Origin: Pseudobdellovibrionaceae bacterium
Lineage (GTDB): Bacteria > Bdellovibrionota > Bdellovibrionia > Bdellovibrionales > Bdellovibrionaceae
Reading direction: 5' to 3'
Assembly (NCBI GenBank): GCA_044359815.1
Contig: JBIKLL010000020.1
Span: 1 to 38,251 of the forward strand
Length of the DNA stretch: 38,251 nucleotides
Below the pieces are notes generated by a model. The model was given only the letters and a program-made list of their open reading frames with translations, did not search any database and had not been told where the DNA came from. The translations under genes were made by a program, and so were the position numbers. This document shows positions 9,695 through 18,244 of this stretch, piece by piece (position 1 is the stretch's first letter; each line of letters begins with the position of its first letter).

Positions 9695-10384
9695 TTATTT
9701 GTTTGAAGGCTGAGCCTGAGCACTGCTATCTAATGAGTTAAACACTAGCTCATTTCCAAGGTAACGAGCCCAAAGCAATCTTAACTGAGGCGCAGCAAAA
9801 AAGGTTCCCAGCTCATCATAGGCTGTGACTTCGAAATAACTGTCCCCCAATGGATTCAACTGCATTGAAATGGTCAGGTTTTTTATAAACTCACCATTTC
9901 TGGATGCTCCCATTTTATAAATATAATATCCATTAAGCGGAGCTATACTAAAACGGATATTATAGCCATCTTGCAAAATCGCATCGCGAATGGCTTCGAT
10001 CTTTTGATTAAACCTGGCCACTCCTAGTGAGTATTTTTCTAACAAAACACTGAACGCAATGGTCGATCTGATTTTAAAAACAAATTTGTGATGAGGACTG
10101 GTTTTCCAAGTGGCCTCGACTGAAGTTTCAAAATCCGTGCTGATTCCTGGAGCAAAATCAATTTGACTAGCATCGACTTCAAAAATCTGATTGGTATTTT
10201 CAAATTCAACGGACAAAATTTTCATTGAGGCATCTGCAACAGAGGCCGAGGCCGAGACCGCGATCCCATCATTTAAGCCTTCACCCGGCAATACGCTGCA
10301 GTTTTGAAATGCAAACATTAAAGGTAAAGTGACAATCAGGAACAGTACACCTAATTTAGGACGCTTGATTCTGGCAATTTTCAT
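9695..10384 (-). CDS. Hypothetical lipoprotein (FQNC lipobox)
   Basis: Basic n-region, hydrophobic h-region, then FAFQNCS; AGGGG RBS. Confidence 0.75.
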   Translation of the reverse strand: MKIARIKRPKLGVLFLIVTLPLMFAFQNCSVLPGEGLNDGIAVSASASVADASMKILSVEFENTNQIFEVDASQIDFAPGISTDFETSVEATWKTSPHHKFVFKIRSTIAFSVLLEKYSLGVARFNQKIEAIRDAILQDGYNIRFSIAPLNGYYIYKMGASRNGEFIKNLTISMQLNPLGDSYFEVTAYDELGTFFAAPQLRLLWARYLGNELVFNSLDSSAQAQPSNK

Positions 10385-10404
10385 ATCAGATCCCCTTAAC
10401 CTAC

Positions 10405-10431
10405 CTATCGGAAGGTCCAGACTAAACTTTA
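10405..10431 (-). promoter_or_regulatory. Sigma28 (FliA)-type promoter of the lipoprotein gene 9695..10384
   Basis: Minus strand TAAA-N15-TCCGATAG, with canonical spacing relative to TAAA-N15-GCCGATAA. Confidence 0.7.
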
Positions 10432-10433
10432 AG

Positions 10434-10450
10434 GTTCTCAGACTGAGACA
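10434..10450. promoter_or_regulatory. Palindromic operator-like site, copy 2
   Basis: GTTCTCA-GAC-TGAGACA, 2 nt upstream of the sigma28 -35 element. Confidence 0.55.
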
Positions 10451-10509
10451 CTTTTAAAAAAAATAATAAGGGTGCTGGAGTTCAATCCACAATCTAAGCC
10501 AGATTTAGC

Positions 10510-13500
10510 TTATTGTGGGCAGGAATAATCAATTGTCACCGTTCGACCGGTGGGCACAGGTGTCGCAAAGGTAATTGTGTCGCCGACAATTGTAAACCCA
10601 GTGGTTTTTACTGTGCCGTTTTCTTTGACTACCACATCAATGGTTGCGGCGTTTCCGTCAATATTCATAGGTATACAATTTAAGATAAATCTTTGTTTAG
10701 TTAACTCAGCTGTTCGCTGACTGATTGAGCCTAATTGAGATCCCCAATCAACAGCACAGACATCACCAGCAATTCCACCCGTCAGATTTACAATCTGAGT
10801 GTAATACTGCCCCGGTGTTTCATTGTGATTTTCAGGCGTTCCCGCACCGCAAGCATTTAAATCAGGATAAGGCACAATAATAGCATTAAATATAAATCCC
10901 TTGGTGTTTCCCAAAGTCTGTTTAATATTTGTAATTAATTTTTGCGGCCTTAGCGCTAAGGGCGAAGTGATCGCAGTTGTCGCATCTGGTGTCTCATCCG
11001 CATCAGAAACCACAATTATTGAAAACGCGGCGTCGCTTCTGAAAAACGTCAGCGCAGGATCATTAGCAGGATCCCAAATCGAAGCTTGCGCTAGCAATGA
11101 TTCTGTTTGACTGATATCAACTGACGCCTGATTCATATTCTGAACCAGAGTCGCCGTGCTGCCGCCAGCCCGGGCCCCGATATTTAAAGCCTCAGTGGTA
11201 AAACCAGAAGCAGGAACTCCATTGGTTGCCACAGCGTACTGCATTTGACTTAGTATTGTATTTATATAACTGACCATGGTTGGACTGATATCAACAGGGG
11301 ACATTGTTTTAGATCTCAAAAAATTTAAAATCGACAAAATTGAAGGAGCCCTATCATCAATAGCTCTGCAAGCCACATCAGCAGGATTAAAATAACCACT
11401 CATCGGCGTATAGAAATTATTAGTAGCCGTTTTAAAGGCAGCAACTCGGGTTTGCAATCGGGTAATTTTAGCTTTGAAAGAGGCTAAATCGGTAACCGCA
11501 GTGGCTACCTCTGCATCAAAAGCCTGAAGCGCAGAAATCATTGGACTAAAATAAGTAGAATGCAGCGATCTTATCGGAGCCACCATGGCTGCGCAATTAG
11601 TCCTATGAGTTTTAATTTGATTCACATAATTAGTCAGATTATCCAGATCTGACTGAAGCGCCTTATCATCTGAATCAGCTGATGAGATTGAAAGATTTCT
11701 GGCGTTTGAAATATATGTTGGCAGAAAAACATTCTGTATGTTTGGAGTGGCTGCCGCTAGCGTGACAGTATCTACTTCGTCCACTCGATTTCTAAAAGTA
11801 AAATCCGCATTTCTCATGACATTGTTAAGCTTGCCATCCAACAAGATCACTAACTCATCATGTTTATTGCGAATCTTACTGCCTTCATTCAGTCTATCTA
11901 TAGACCGAATAGATGCCAGCACGGCTTGTTCAGCTCCGCCACCTCTGGGCATGGTATCCAAGGCTAAATCAAATGCTGCTTGCCGATCATCTGGATTCAT
12001 AAGCGAATCTAAATAATAAGAATCTATTCCTGTACCACTGAAGCGCTCTAAAACACCTGTCATGTCTACGGTTCTGGCATCAGTGGTCGTCATCGCCAGA
12101 CGCCAGTCCAAGCCAGATAAATTTGAAAACAATGACGACAATCTGGCCTTTATGCTTTGACGTTCGTAATCCATGGATCCCGAATTATCGACGACTAATA
12201 AAATATCTAATTTATTATCGCCACCGATAATGGTTTTATTCATGGGTATACCAATATTGCTGACTCTCCAAATGTAGGATGAATTTGAAATATTACCCAG
12301 CAAATCACTGGCGCTGATAGAGTAGGTGTAATTACCCAAAAGCATAAATCCCAGATTTAATGCAGCTCCGCTGCTGCAAGAACCACTATTCACCAACACT
12401 GCGTCTCTTCTGAGCGTAAAATTACAGCTGGTCGGATTAGCGTACTGATCAACAACTGTTGGTTGGATCTGATAAGCAACTGCATTTGATGCAATTGCCG
12501 GAGGACTAACGGCATAGGAAATATTTGGGCCTGTTAAATCAACCCGCCAATTATAGGACTGAACCAAGGATTCATTACCGATATTATCAATGGCTTTAAA
12601 TTGTCCTGTGTACAGATTCTCACTGGCTGCGGCCATGACTACACCGGTAGTGCAAGATCTCCAAACTGTGTCACCAGGATTCTTGCATTCAAATCTGATA
12701 GCTCGCGGCCTGGCAGTGGTTGCTGATAAATTAAATACAACCTGGGGCTGTCTGGTCAACGTTGGTTGACCAACAACAGCTGTCACCATGACTTGGGCAG
12801 GAGTCACAGTCAAAATCGGCAGCGAAGAATCCTTTAGCCACTGATAAAAAATCACACCTGAACTGTTTGTAGCACCATCAATGGCTTCGACCTCAAATCG
12901 ATGACTGCCATCGGGGATTGAGCTGAAACTTGCACTCAATGATCTGCAATCAGTCCATGCAGAATTTAAGTTAACAATACGGCATCGCAAAGTCGCAATT
13001 CCACTGACGTCAGCTCCTACGACCAAGGTAAAATTGGCCACATTAGATCTAGTGTCCAAATCAGGTCGCAAACCTATGGCCACAGTTGGCGGTGTCACAT
13101 CCACGGTCCAATTATGAATAGCTGGGGCTGATCTGTTACCCACACTGTCGATACCAACAACCCTAAAACTCTTAGGACCTTCAGTAAAATTTAAACTCAC
13201 ACCAGAGCTGCAGACAAATTCAGTAGCCCCGCCATCGACACTGCATCTGAACTGTGTCAACGGAACACCTGAATCCACACCATCAAAAATAAAAGAAACT
13301 GTTGTTTGATTTGAAAAAGCCGCTGGCAATGGATTTCGCAGCGTCACAGTTGGCACATTCAAATCCACTGTCCAATTGTAAACTCCAACTGCTGATCGAT
13401 TAGTGGCTCTGTCCACAGAAACATAATTTAAAGTGTGCGCACTAGAGCTCAAACCACTAAAAGAGATATTCGCATTGCAAATAGCCCAAGCGGCTCCATC

Positions 13501-14382
13501 CAAAGAACATTCAAAATGTGAAATCCCAGACAAAGCATCTGATCCAGAAAAGGTAAAATTAATATTGGTCGCAGATGTGATGACAGGTTGATTTGAGCTG
13601 ACTGAAACCGTTGGCAAAACTCGATCCAATGTCCAGATGATGACTTCCTCGGTGCGATTACCAGCTTGATCCCAAGCCACAGCGCTAAAGCTTCTGGTCC
13701 CATCAATGGCATTGTCATCCCTAATATCACAATCTGGATAAATTGCCCCTACAGGTTTAACTCCGCTCAAACTTTGAATCAAAACACCATTGGAATTTCG
13801 ATCACAAAATTTTTCAGACATGTTAGGGTTTAAAAACATACGTTCTTTTAATCCCGAAACTTCATCCCTAGCATTGAATTTAAAATTCAAAGGGATTTGA
13901 TTAATAAAACCTGAGGGCCTGTTTTGATAAATTATTTCAGGAGCTATATCATCATGAACAATCGACGCTTGCACACAACCTGATTCGGCATTTGTTGCGC
14001 GAAAGTTTGCATACACAAATGCTTCTTGGTTTAACTGAGATAAATCCCAGGGTTTAGAGGGCGACACTGGCTGCCATTGACCACCCTGCAAACAATTGGG
14101 GTCATTGGTTAAATAGACTTCGCTGGCTTCTGGAGCAACAATTGATACGGATACTTTTGAAGAAGTCGTAAAATAATCCCCAGAATTAATCTGAATTCTG
14201 GCTGCAAATTGACCCATTGGTTGCTCGGTTGGTAAAACAACCTGACCAAACTGAACAGGGCTGCAATTCTGAAACATGAGGGTCGAACACAAGATCGAAA
14301 AAACAAAGTAGTGCTTGTTAGCTGACAGAAAGCCAAATATTTTACTTTTTAAATTGTAAAAATCTTTGACGGTCTTAAACAA
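10510..14382 (-). CDS. Large surface lipoprotein/adhesin with tandem Ig-like beta repeats and a VWA (MIDAS) domain interrupted by a helical insert
   Basis: LMFQNCS lipobox; repeated units ending D-x-x-x-N...W-x-(V/L)-D-x-x-x-P with paired Cys; DILLVVDNSGSM MIDAS motif and IIVVSDADE. GGGGG RBS before the TTG start. Confidence 0.85.
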   Translation of the reverse strand: MFKTVKDFYNLKSKIFGFLSANKHYFVFSILCSTLMFQNCSPVQFGQVVLPTEQPMGQFAARIQINSGDYFTTSSKVSVSIVAPEASEVYLTNDPNCLQGGQWQPVSPSKPWDLSQLNQEAFVYANFRATNAESGCVQASIVHDDIAPEIIYQNRPSGFINQIPLNFKFNARDEVSGLKERMFLNPNMSEKFCDRNSNGVLIQSLSGVKPVGAIYPDCDIRDDNAIDGTRSFSAVAWDQAGNRTEEVIIWTLDRVLPTVSVSSNQPVITSATNINFTFSGSDALSGISHFECSLDGAAWAICNANISFSGLSSSAHTLNYVSVDRATNRSAVGVYNWTVDLNVPTVTLRNPLPAAFSNQTTVSFIFDGVDSGVPLTQFRCSVDGGATEFVCSSGVSLNFTEGPKSFRVVGIDSVGNRSAPAIHNWTVDVTPPTVAIGLRPDLDTRSNVANFTLVVGADVSGIATLRCRIVNLNSAWTDCRSLSASFSSIPDGSHRFEVEAIDGATNSSGVIFYQWLKDSSLPILTVTPAQVMVTAVVGQPTLTRQPQVVFNLSATTARPRAIRFECKNPGDTVWRSCTTGVVMAAASENLYTGQFKAIDNIGNESLVQSYNWRVDLTGPNISYAVSPPAIASNAVAYQIQPTVVDQYANPTSCNFTLRRDAVLVNSGSCSSGAALNLGFMLLGNYTYSISASDLLGNISNSSYIWRVSNIGIPMNKTIIGGDNKLDILLVVDNSGSMDYERQSIKARLSSLFSNLSGLDWRLAMTTTDARTVDMTGVLERFSGTGIDSYYLDSLMNPDDRQAAFDLALDTMPRGGGAEQAVLASIRSIDRLNEGSKIRNKHDELVILLDGKLNNVMRNADFTFRNRVDEVDTVTLAAATPNIQNVFLPTYISNARNLSISSADSDDKALQSDLDNLTNYVNQIKTHRTNCAAMVAPIRSLHSTYFSPMISALQAFDAEVATAVTDLASFKAKITRLQTRVAAFKTATNNFYTPMSGYFNPADVACRAIDDRAPSILSILNFLRSKTMSPVDISPTMVSYINTILSQMQYAVATNGVPASGFTTEALNIGARAGGSTATLVQNMNQASVDISQTESLLAQASIWDPANDPALTFFRSDAAFSIIVVSDADETPDATTAITSPLALRPQKLITNIKQTLGNTKGFIFNAIIVPYPDLNACGAGTPENHNETPGQYYTQIVNLTGGIAGDVCAVDWGSQLGSISQRTAELTKQRFILNCIPMNIDGNAATIDVVVKENGTVKTTGFTIVGDTITFATPVPTGRTVTIDYSCPQ

Positions 14383-14509
14383 TCCATTCCCCCTTAAAGC
14401 CTCTGTCTACTAAGCAATGCATAGGACAGACCAACCACCATCTGTATCGGCACAGAATAGGGGGCAGAATGAGTGTAAAACCTCAAAATCCTTATTAATA
14501 TTTTGACAG

Positions 14510-14526
14510 TGTCTCAAAACGAGACG
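14510..14526. promoter_or_regulatory. Palindromic operator-like site, copy 3
   Basis: TGTCTCA-AAA-CGAGACG; its reverse complement matches copy 1 at 15 of 17 positions. Upstream of the VWA lipoprotein gene. Confidence 0.55.
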
Positions 14527-14530
14527 CTGT

Positions 14531-15163
14531 TTAAATAAATTCTGAAAGCTGTGAAAGTGTTTTGCGAAGGATTTTTTCGTAATCCGAGACTTCGGTCACA
14601 ACTAATCTTGCGTGCTTTTTCGAGGGCTCGACAAACTGATCATGCATGGGCTTTACCTGATTGTTAAATTGTGCTTCCACCCCTGCTTGAGTCCTTCCCC
14701 GTTCTTCGATATCCCGCCTAAGCCGTCTCTCAAACCGTAAATCTTCAGGGGTATCAAAAAATATTGTGTCGTCTAAAAGCCTTCTGACCTGACCTGCATG
14801 CAAAATCAAAATCCCATCGACGATGATGATGGATTTTGGTTTCACAGTCGTGGTTTCCCCTGATCTCTTATGAGTGGCAAAATCATACATTGGCAATTCG
14901 GCCTTGCTACCATTTTTTAATTTTTCCAAAACTTCTGACAATAATTTAAAATCGATACTGGATGGGTGATCAAAATTAACTGAACCACCGTCACGATCAA
15001 ATTTTTCGCTTTGATCAATATAAAAACTGTCTTGAAATATTATTTCGCAATTTTGTCTGCCTAAATTTTCTTGAATGGCTCTGGCAAAATAGGTTTTACC
15101 ACTGCCGCTGCCTCCAGCGACCCCTAATACATAACAACTATTTCGTTTGGTAGAGTCTGTCAC
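14531..15163 (-). CDS. udk: Uridine kinase
   Basis: GVAGGSGSGKT Walker A, QDSFY, NFDHP, YDFATH and RRLRRDIEERGR. GTG start overlaps the upp end by 26 nt. Confidence 0.95.
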   Translation of the reverse strand: MTDSTKRNSCYVLGVAGGSGSGKTYFARAIQENLGRQNCEIIFQDSFYIDQSEKFDRDGGSVNFDHPSSIDFKLLSEVLEKLKNGSKAELPMYDFATHKRSGETTTVKPKSIIIVDGILILHAGQVRRLLDDTIFFDTPEDLRFERRLRRDIEERGRTQAGVEAQFNNQVKPMHDQFVEPSKKHARLVVTEVSDYEKILRKTLSQLSEFI

Positions 15164-15785
15164 CAGCGTCCCCTAGACCCGGCACTAAATACCCCAGATC
15201 GTTAATTTCAGATTCGACATTCAATGTGTAAATTTCTACATCAGGATGAAACTTTGTGATTTTCTTGACAGCAAATTCACTGATTAAAACTGACAATATT
15301 TTTATTTTATCTACTTCGTAACTCTTAAGCCTGTCGATGGCTGCCAACATTGTGTCCGCAGTTGAGACCAAGGGATCACACAAAATCGCTAAACGGCCTT
15401 TTATATCAACCGGCATTTTAAAATAGTACTCAACCGTGTTGTGGATAAATTTGTCGCGGTAAATCCCAATAAACCCAGCGGATGCAAAGGGCACAATTGA
15501 TAAAACAGAATCTAACATGGCATTCCCAGCACGCAACACAGACACCACAACTGGTGGATTAATAATTCTTTCGATTTTTGCTTTGGCGATGGGAGTATCG
15601 ACAGAAACTTTGTCCATGTCCTTCCAGTCCCTCATAGACTCATAGGCAAGCAGCGAACTGATTTCTTGAACCAGCCTTCGAAACTCTGCAGAGTTTGTGT
15701 TTTTATCCCGCAAGTATCCTAATTTATGTTTTAACAGCGGATGCTCAACAATTTTTAGGTTTGCTGTTTTGCCATTTGCCTTCAT
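15138..15785 (-). CDS. upp: Uracil phosphoribosyltransferase (URC6-equivalent)
   Basis: HPLLKHKL...LRDKNT, VLRAG, PRPP loop CDPLVST and YLVPGLGDAGDRLY. Confidence 0.96.
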   Translation of the reverse strand: MKANGKTANLKIVEHPLLKHKLGYLRDKNTNSAEFRRLVQEISSLLAYESMRDWKDMDKVSVDTPIAKAKIERIINPPVVVSVLRAGNAMLDSVLSIVPFASAGFIGIYRDKFIHNTVEYYFKMPVDIKGRLAILCDPLVSTADTMLAAIDRLKSYEVDKIKILSVLISEFAVKKITKFHPDVEIYTLNVESEINDLGYLVPGLGDAGDRLYQTK

Positions 15786-15806
15786 TTTAATCCTCTTTGT
15801 AAATTT

Positions 15807-16988
15807 CTAAAACACCGTGGCGTCGCTTTTGATTCTGATCGGGGGATCGCCGCCAGTTCTTTTTTCTTGAGCTAATCTTCGACCCGCCCACCATGTTCCG
15901 CCCTCAAGCACTTTTGCCAGCGGAAAGTCTTTGGCACTTTTGTTTAATTTTTGTTGAACTAATTCTGCAATCACATCCAGATAATGGATAGTCAGTGCAC
16001 GCCATTCGATTATTAGTTCTGAATCAGGTGCCCATTCAGTAGCGGCATCTTTAGAGTTTTTAAAATTCAAAATTCCCGTATCAATCAACAGCCCGCCATT
16101 TCGGTATTCAGCCAGTCCCGTTAACTCCTCAACCCCTTCGACCCGAAAGCCAGCTTCAACAATGGGTTCAATCAGCGAATAAGTCATCCACTGCGACAGT
16201 TTATGAAAGGCCACCAGCTGCCCCTTATATTTCCAAACATCCCCCAGGTTCACGCCGTTTAATTTTTCCCGGCCAGGCCAAATGGGACCAAAACCATCCA
16301 GCACGGCTCGCAAAATGGCTTTTGCCTGAATGTTTTTGCCGTATCGTTCAAACAGATAATCAATAATATTTCCCGGGCGTCCGTCCTTGAAAAATTCTTT
16401 CCTTTCAACCGCACGACTTAGATTATTTAATAAATCCAATCTGCCTTGGACTCCGACCAATGGATTAGTTTTGGTAACTTGAAAATATTTTTCAATGTCG
16501 GCCTTTGACAGATTTCTGAGTCCATCAACATCGGCCTGATTGGATTGTCTATCCCGACTGAGAGTGCCATTTAAAAATAAATACAAACTGGCCAAGGCCA
16601 AACCTTCGCTGCGCGAATATTTAGTTTGGCTGGAGTCTTCAAAATAAAACCAATCCTTACCAGCTCCCGCATCCAACAACACTGACGTGATTACCAAATC
16701 CAGTTTGCAGCGAGCTCTTTCCATGGGTTCTTTGTGTCTGAAAGCATCATTGACCTTAGAAATCCTGTCAATTTTGCCAACCTGAAAATGCCCCCACCTG
16801 GAATGAAAGGGAATATTGTGATCTGGATAGTTTTTATTAATTGTTTCAATCACCAGCTCAACTGTTGAACCCAGTTTTGATTCATCCAAAACAAAATGAG
16901 TCTCAGATTTTTGGCTGAGATCATAAATCCATTGGGCACTATGCCTGATGGCCTCTGGTGAAAATAAAAAATCTAAATCATTCTTCAA
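15807..16988 (-). CDS. URC4/Urg3 family protein (DUF1688), uracil catabolism
   Basis: IPFHSRWGHF, SVLLDAGAG, RSEGLALAS, FHKLSQWMTYSL, TGLAEYRNGGL, EWRALT and VLEGGTW motifs characteristic of DUF1688. Confidence 0.93.
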   Translation of the reverse strand: MKNDLDFLFSPEAIRHSAQWIYDLSQKSETHFVLDESKLGSTVELVIETINKNYPDHNIPFHSRWGHFQVGKIDRISKVNDAFRHKEPMERARCKLDLVITSVLLDAGAGKDWFYFEDSSQTKYSRSEGLALASLYLFLNGTLSRDRQSNQADVDGLRNLSKADIEKYFQVTKTNPLVGVQGRLDLLNNLSRAVERKEFFKDGRPGNIIDYLFERYGKNIQAKAILRAVLDGFGPIWPGREKLNGVNLGDVWKYKGQLVAFHKLSQWMTYSLIEPIVEAGFRVEGVEELTGLAEYRNGGLLIDTGILNFKNSKDAATEWAPDSELIIEWRALTIHYLDVIAELVQQKLNKSAKDFPLAKVLEGGTWWAGRRLAQEKRTGGDPPIRIKSDATVF

Positions 16989-18240
16989 TATGTCTTCCTT
17001 TGACCTTCTTCAGGTCTTCCTTATTTTTTTTAGGTCCCTTGTTAAAATACCCGGCGGCTTTTTTTGCTTCCATTTCAACCTGAGCATCCTGAGGTATCAA
17101 TTCCTCGGGAATCGATATTCTGTTAACAACCTGAATGCCCGAATTTATAATGGCATCGTATTTCATATTGCTCATTGAATGCAGATTGTGAATTTTTGAA
17201 ATCCCCAGATAATGTAAACAATCTGGCATCAGCTCTTGAAACCTGGCGTCTTCAACTCCGGCTACGCATTCTGTGCGGTAAAAATAAGTTGCAGCTGTAT
17301 CCCCGCCCTTTTGTCGCTTTCGGGCGTTGTAAACCAAAAATTTTGTGACCTCACCTAGCGCCCTGCCCTCTTTGCGAAAGTAGGCAATGATTCCGACTCC
17401 TCCCCGTTGTGCGGTTCTGGCTGCGTCTTCAATCCCGTACATTAAATAAGGTCTGCATGTGCAGATATCACTGCCAAACACATCCGAGCCATTACACTCG
17501 TCATGGACCCTGCAGGTTAGTTCGATTTTTGGGTTGGACAAATTTTTAGGCTCGCCAAAAATATAAATCGATATATGTCCGATCGGCGGCAAGCAAACTT
17601 TTAAATCAGGTCTTGTGATAAGTTCTGGCAGCAATCCCGCAGTTTCTTGAAACAAAATCCTGCGCAAATCGCCCTCTTCGATTTTTAATCGCTTAGCAAT
17701 CCCTGGTAAATACCATACGGGTTCGATAGCAAGTTTTGTGACCTTGATGTCTTTGTTTTCGCGAACCACTTTACCGTCTACTTTTAACCGTCCCTTGGCA
17801 ATGGCCTCTGCAATTTCAGGGATGGTTAAATGAGCTTGGGTCACCGCAATCGAGGGTCTGATGTCATAGCCCTTATCAAAAAATTCTTTAAAATGATTTT
17901 TTGGATCCAGTCCCCAAGGATCCAGTGACACAATTTGATCACTATCAAACCATTGTTTAAAAGGCCCAATACTGACGGGGCTTTCTGTGTTTTGTAAATC
18001 AGGTTTGTGTTGCGGGGAAAATTTTCCGCTGGCAATCGATAGGGCACGGTAAATGGCATAACTGCCCCCATGGGTTCCGATGGCATTTCGATTTTTGAAA
18101 TCCGTTAGTGAGGCCACCACAGGCCCACGTTCTTTAGCCGTTTTTGCTCCCCATTTTATAGGCAAAGTATTTTTAAATTTTAAATTTGCATGTGACGCCA
18201 ATATCACGTGACTTGATCTGTGATTAATATCCAGTTTCAT
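16978..18240 (-). CDS. URC1/Urg1-type GTP cyclohydrolase II-like protein with N-terminal GTP_CH_N domain
   Basis: N-terminal WGA...RGPVVAS...RNAIGTHGGSY; Zn motif RVHDECNGSDVFGSDICTC; RKEGRALGEVTKFLVYNARK; SMSNMKY. Overlaps the URC4 start by 11 nt. Confidence 0.93.
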   Translation of the reverse strand: MKLDINHRSSHVILASHANLKFKNTLPIKWGAKTAKERGPVVASLTDFKNRNAIGTHGGSYAIYRALSIASGKFSPQHKPDLQNTESPVSIGPFKQWFDSDQIVSLDPWGLDPKNHFKEFFDKGYDIRPSIAVTQAHLTIPEIAEAIAKGRLKVDGKVVRENKDIKVTKLAIEPVWYLPGIAKRLKIEEGDLRRILFQETAGLLPELITRPDLKVCLPPIGHISIYIFGEPKNLSNPKIELTCRVHDECNGSDVFGSDICTCRPYLMYGIEDAARTAQRGGVGIIAYFRKEGRALGEVTKFLVYNARKRQKGGDTAATYFYRTECVAGVEDARFQELMPDCLHYLGISKIHNLHSMSNMKYDAIINSGIQVVNRISIPEELIPQDAQVEMEAKKAAGYFNKGPKKNKEDLKKVKGRHIEE

Positions 18241-18244
18241 AAGG

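Noticed and set aside
11047..11890. Intein within the VWA domain
   Set aside because: No N-terminal Cys/Ser splice motif, no C-terminal His-Asn and no LAGLIDADG motif.
12250..13700. DNA tandem repeat or CRISPR-like array in the adhesin gene
   Set aside because: The repetition is only at the protein level (diverged Ig-like units); there are no identical nucleotide repeats with spacers.
14413..14428. Sigma54 promoter upstream of the VWA lipoprotein (TGTCCT-N5-TTGCT)
   Set aside because: It lacks the invariant GG at -24.
16978..18240. Annotation as riboflavin-pathway ribA
   Set aside because: The long GTP_CH_N N-terminus, the HDECNGSD variant of the Zn motif and linkage to DUF1688/upp indicate URC1; no rib genes are nearby.
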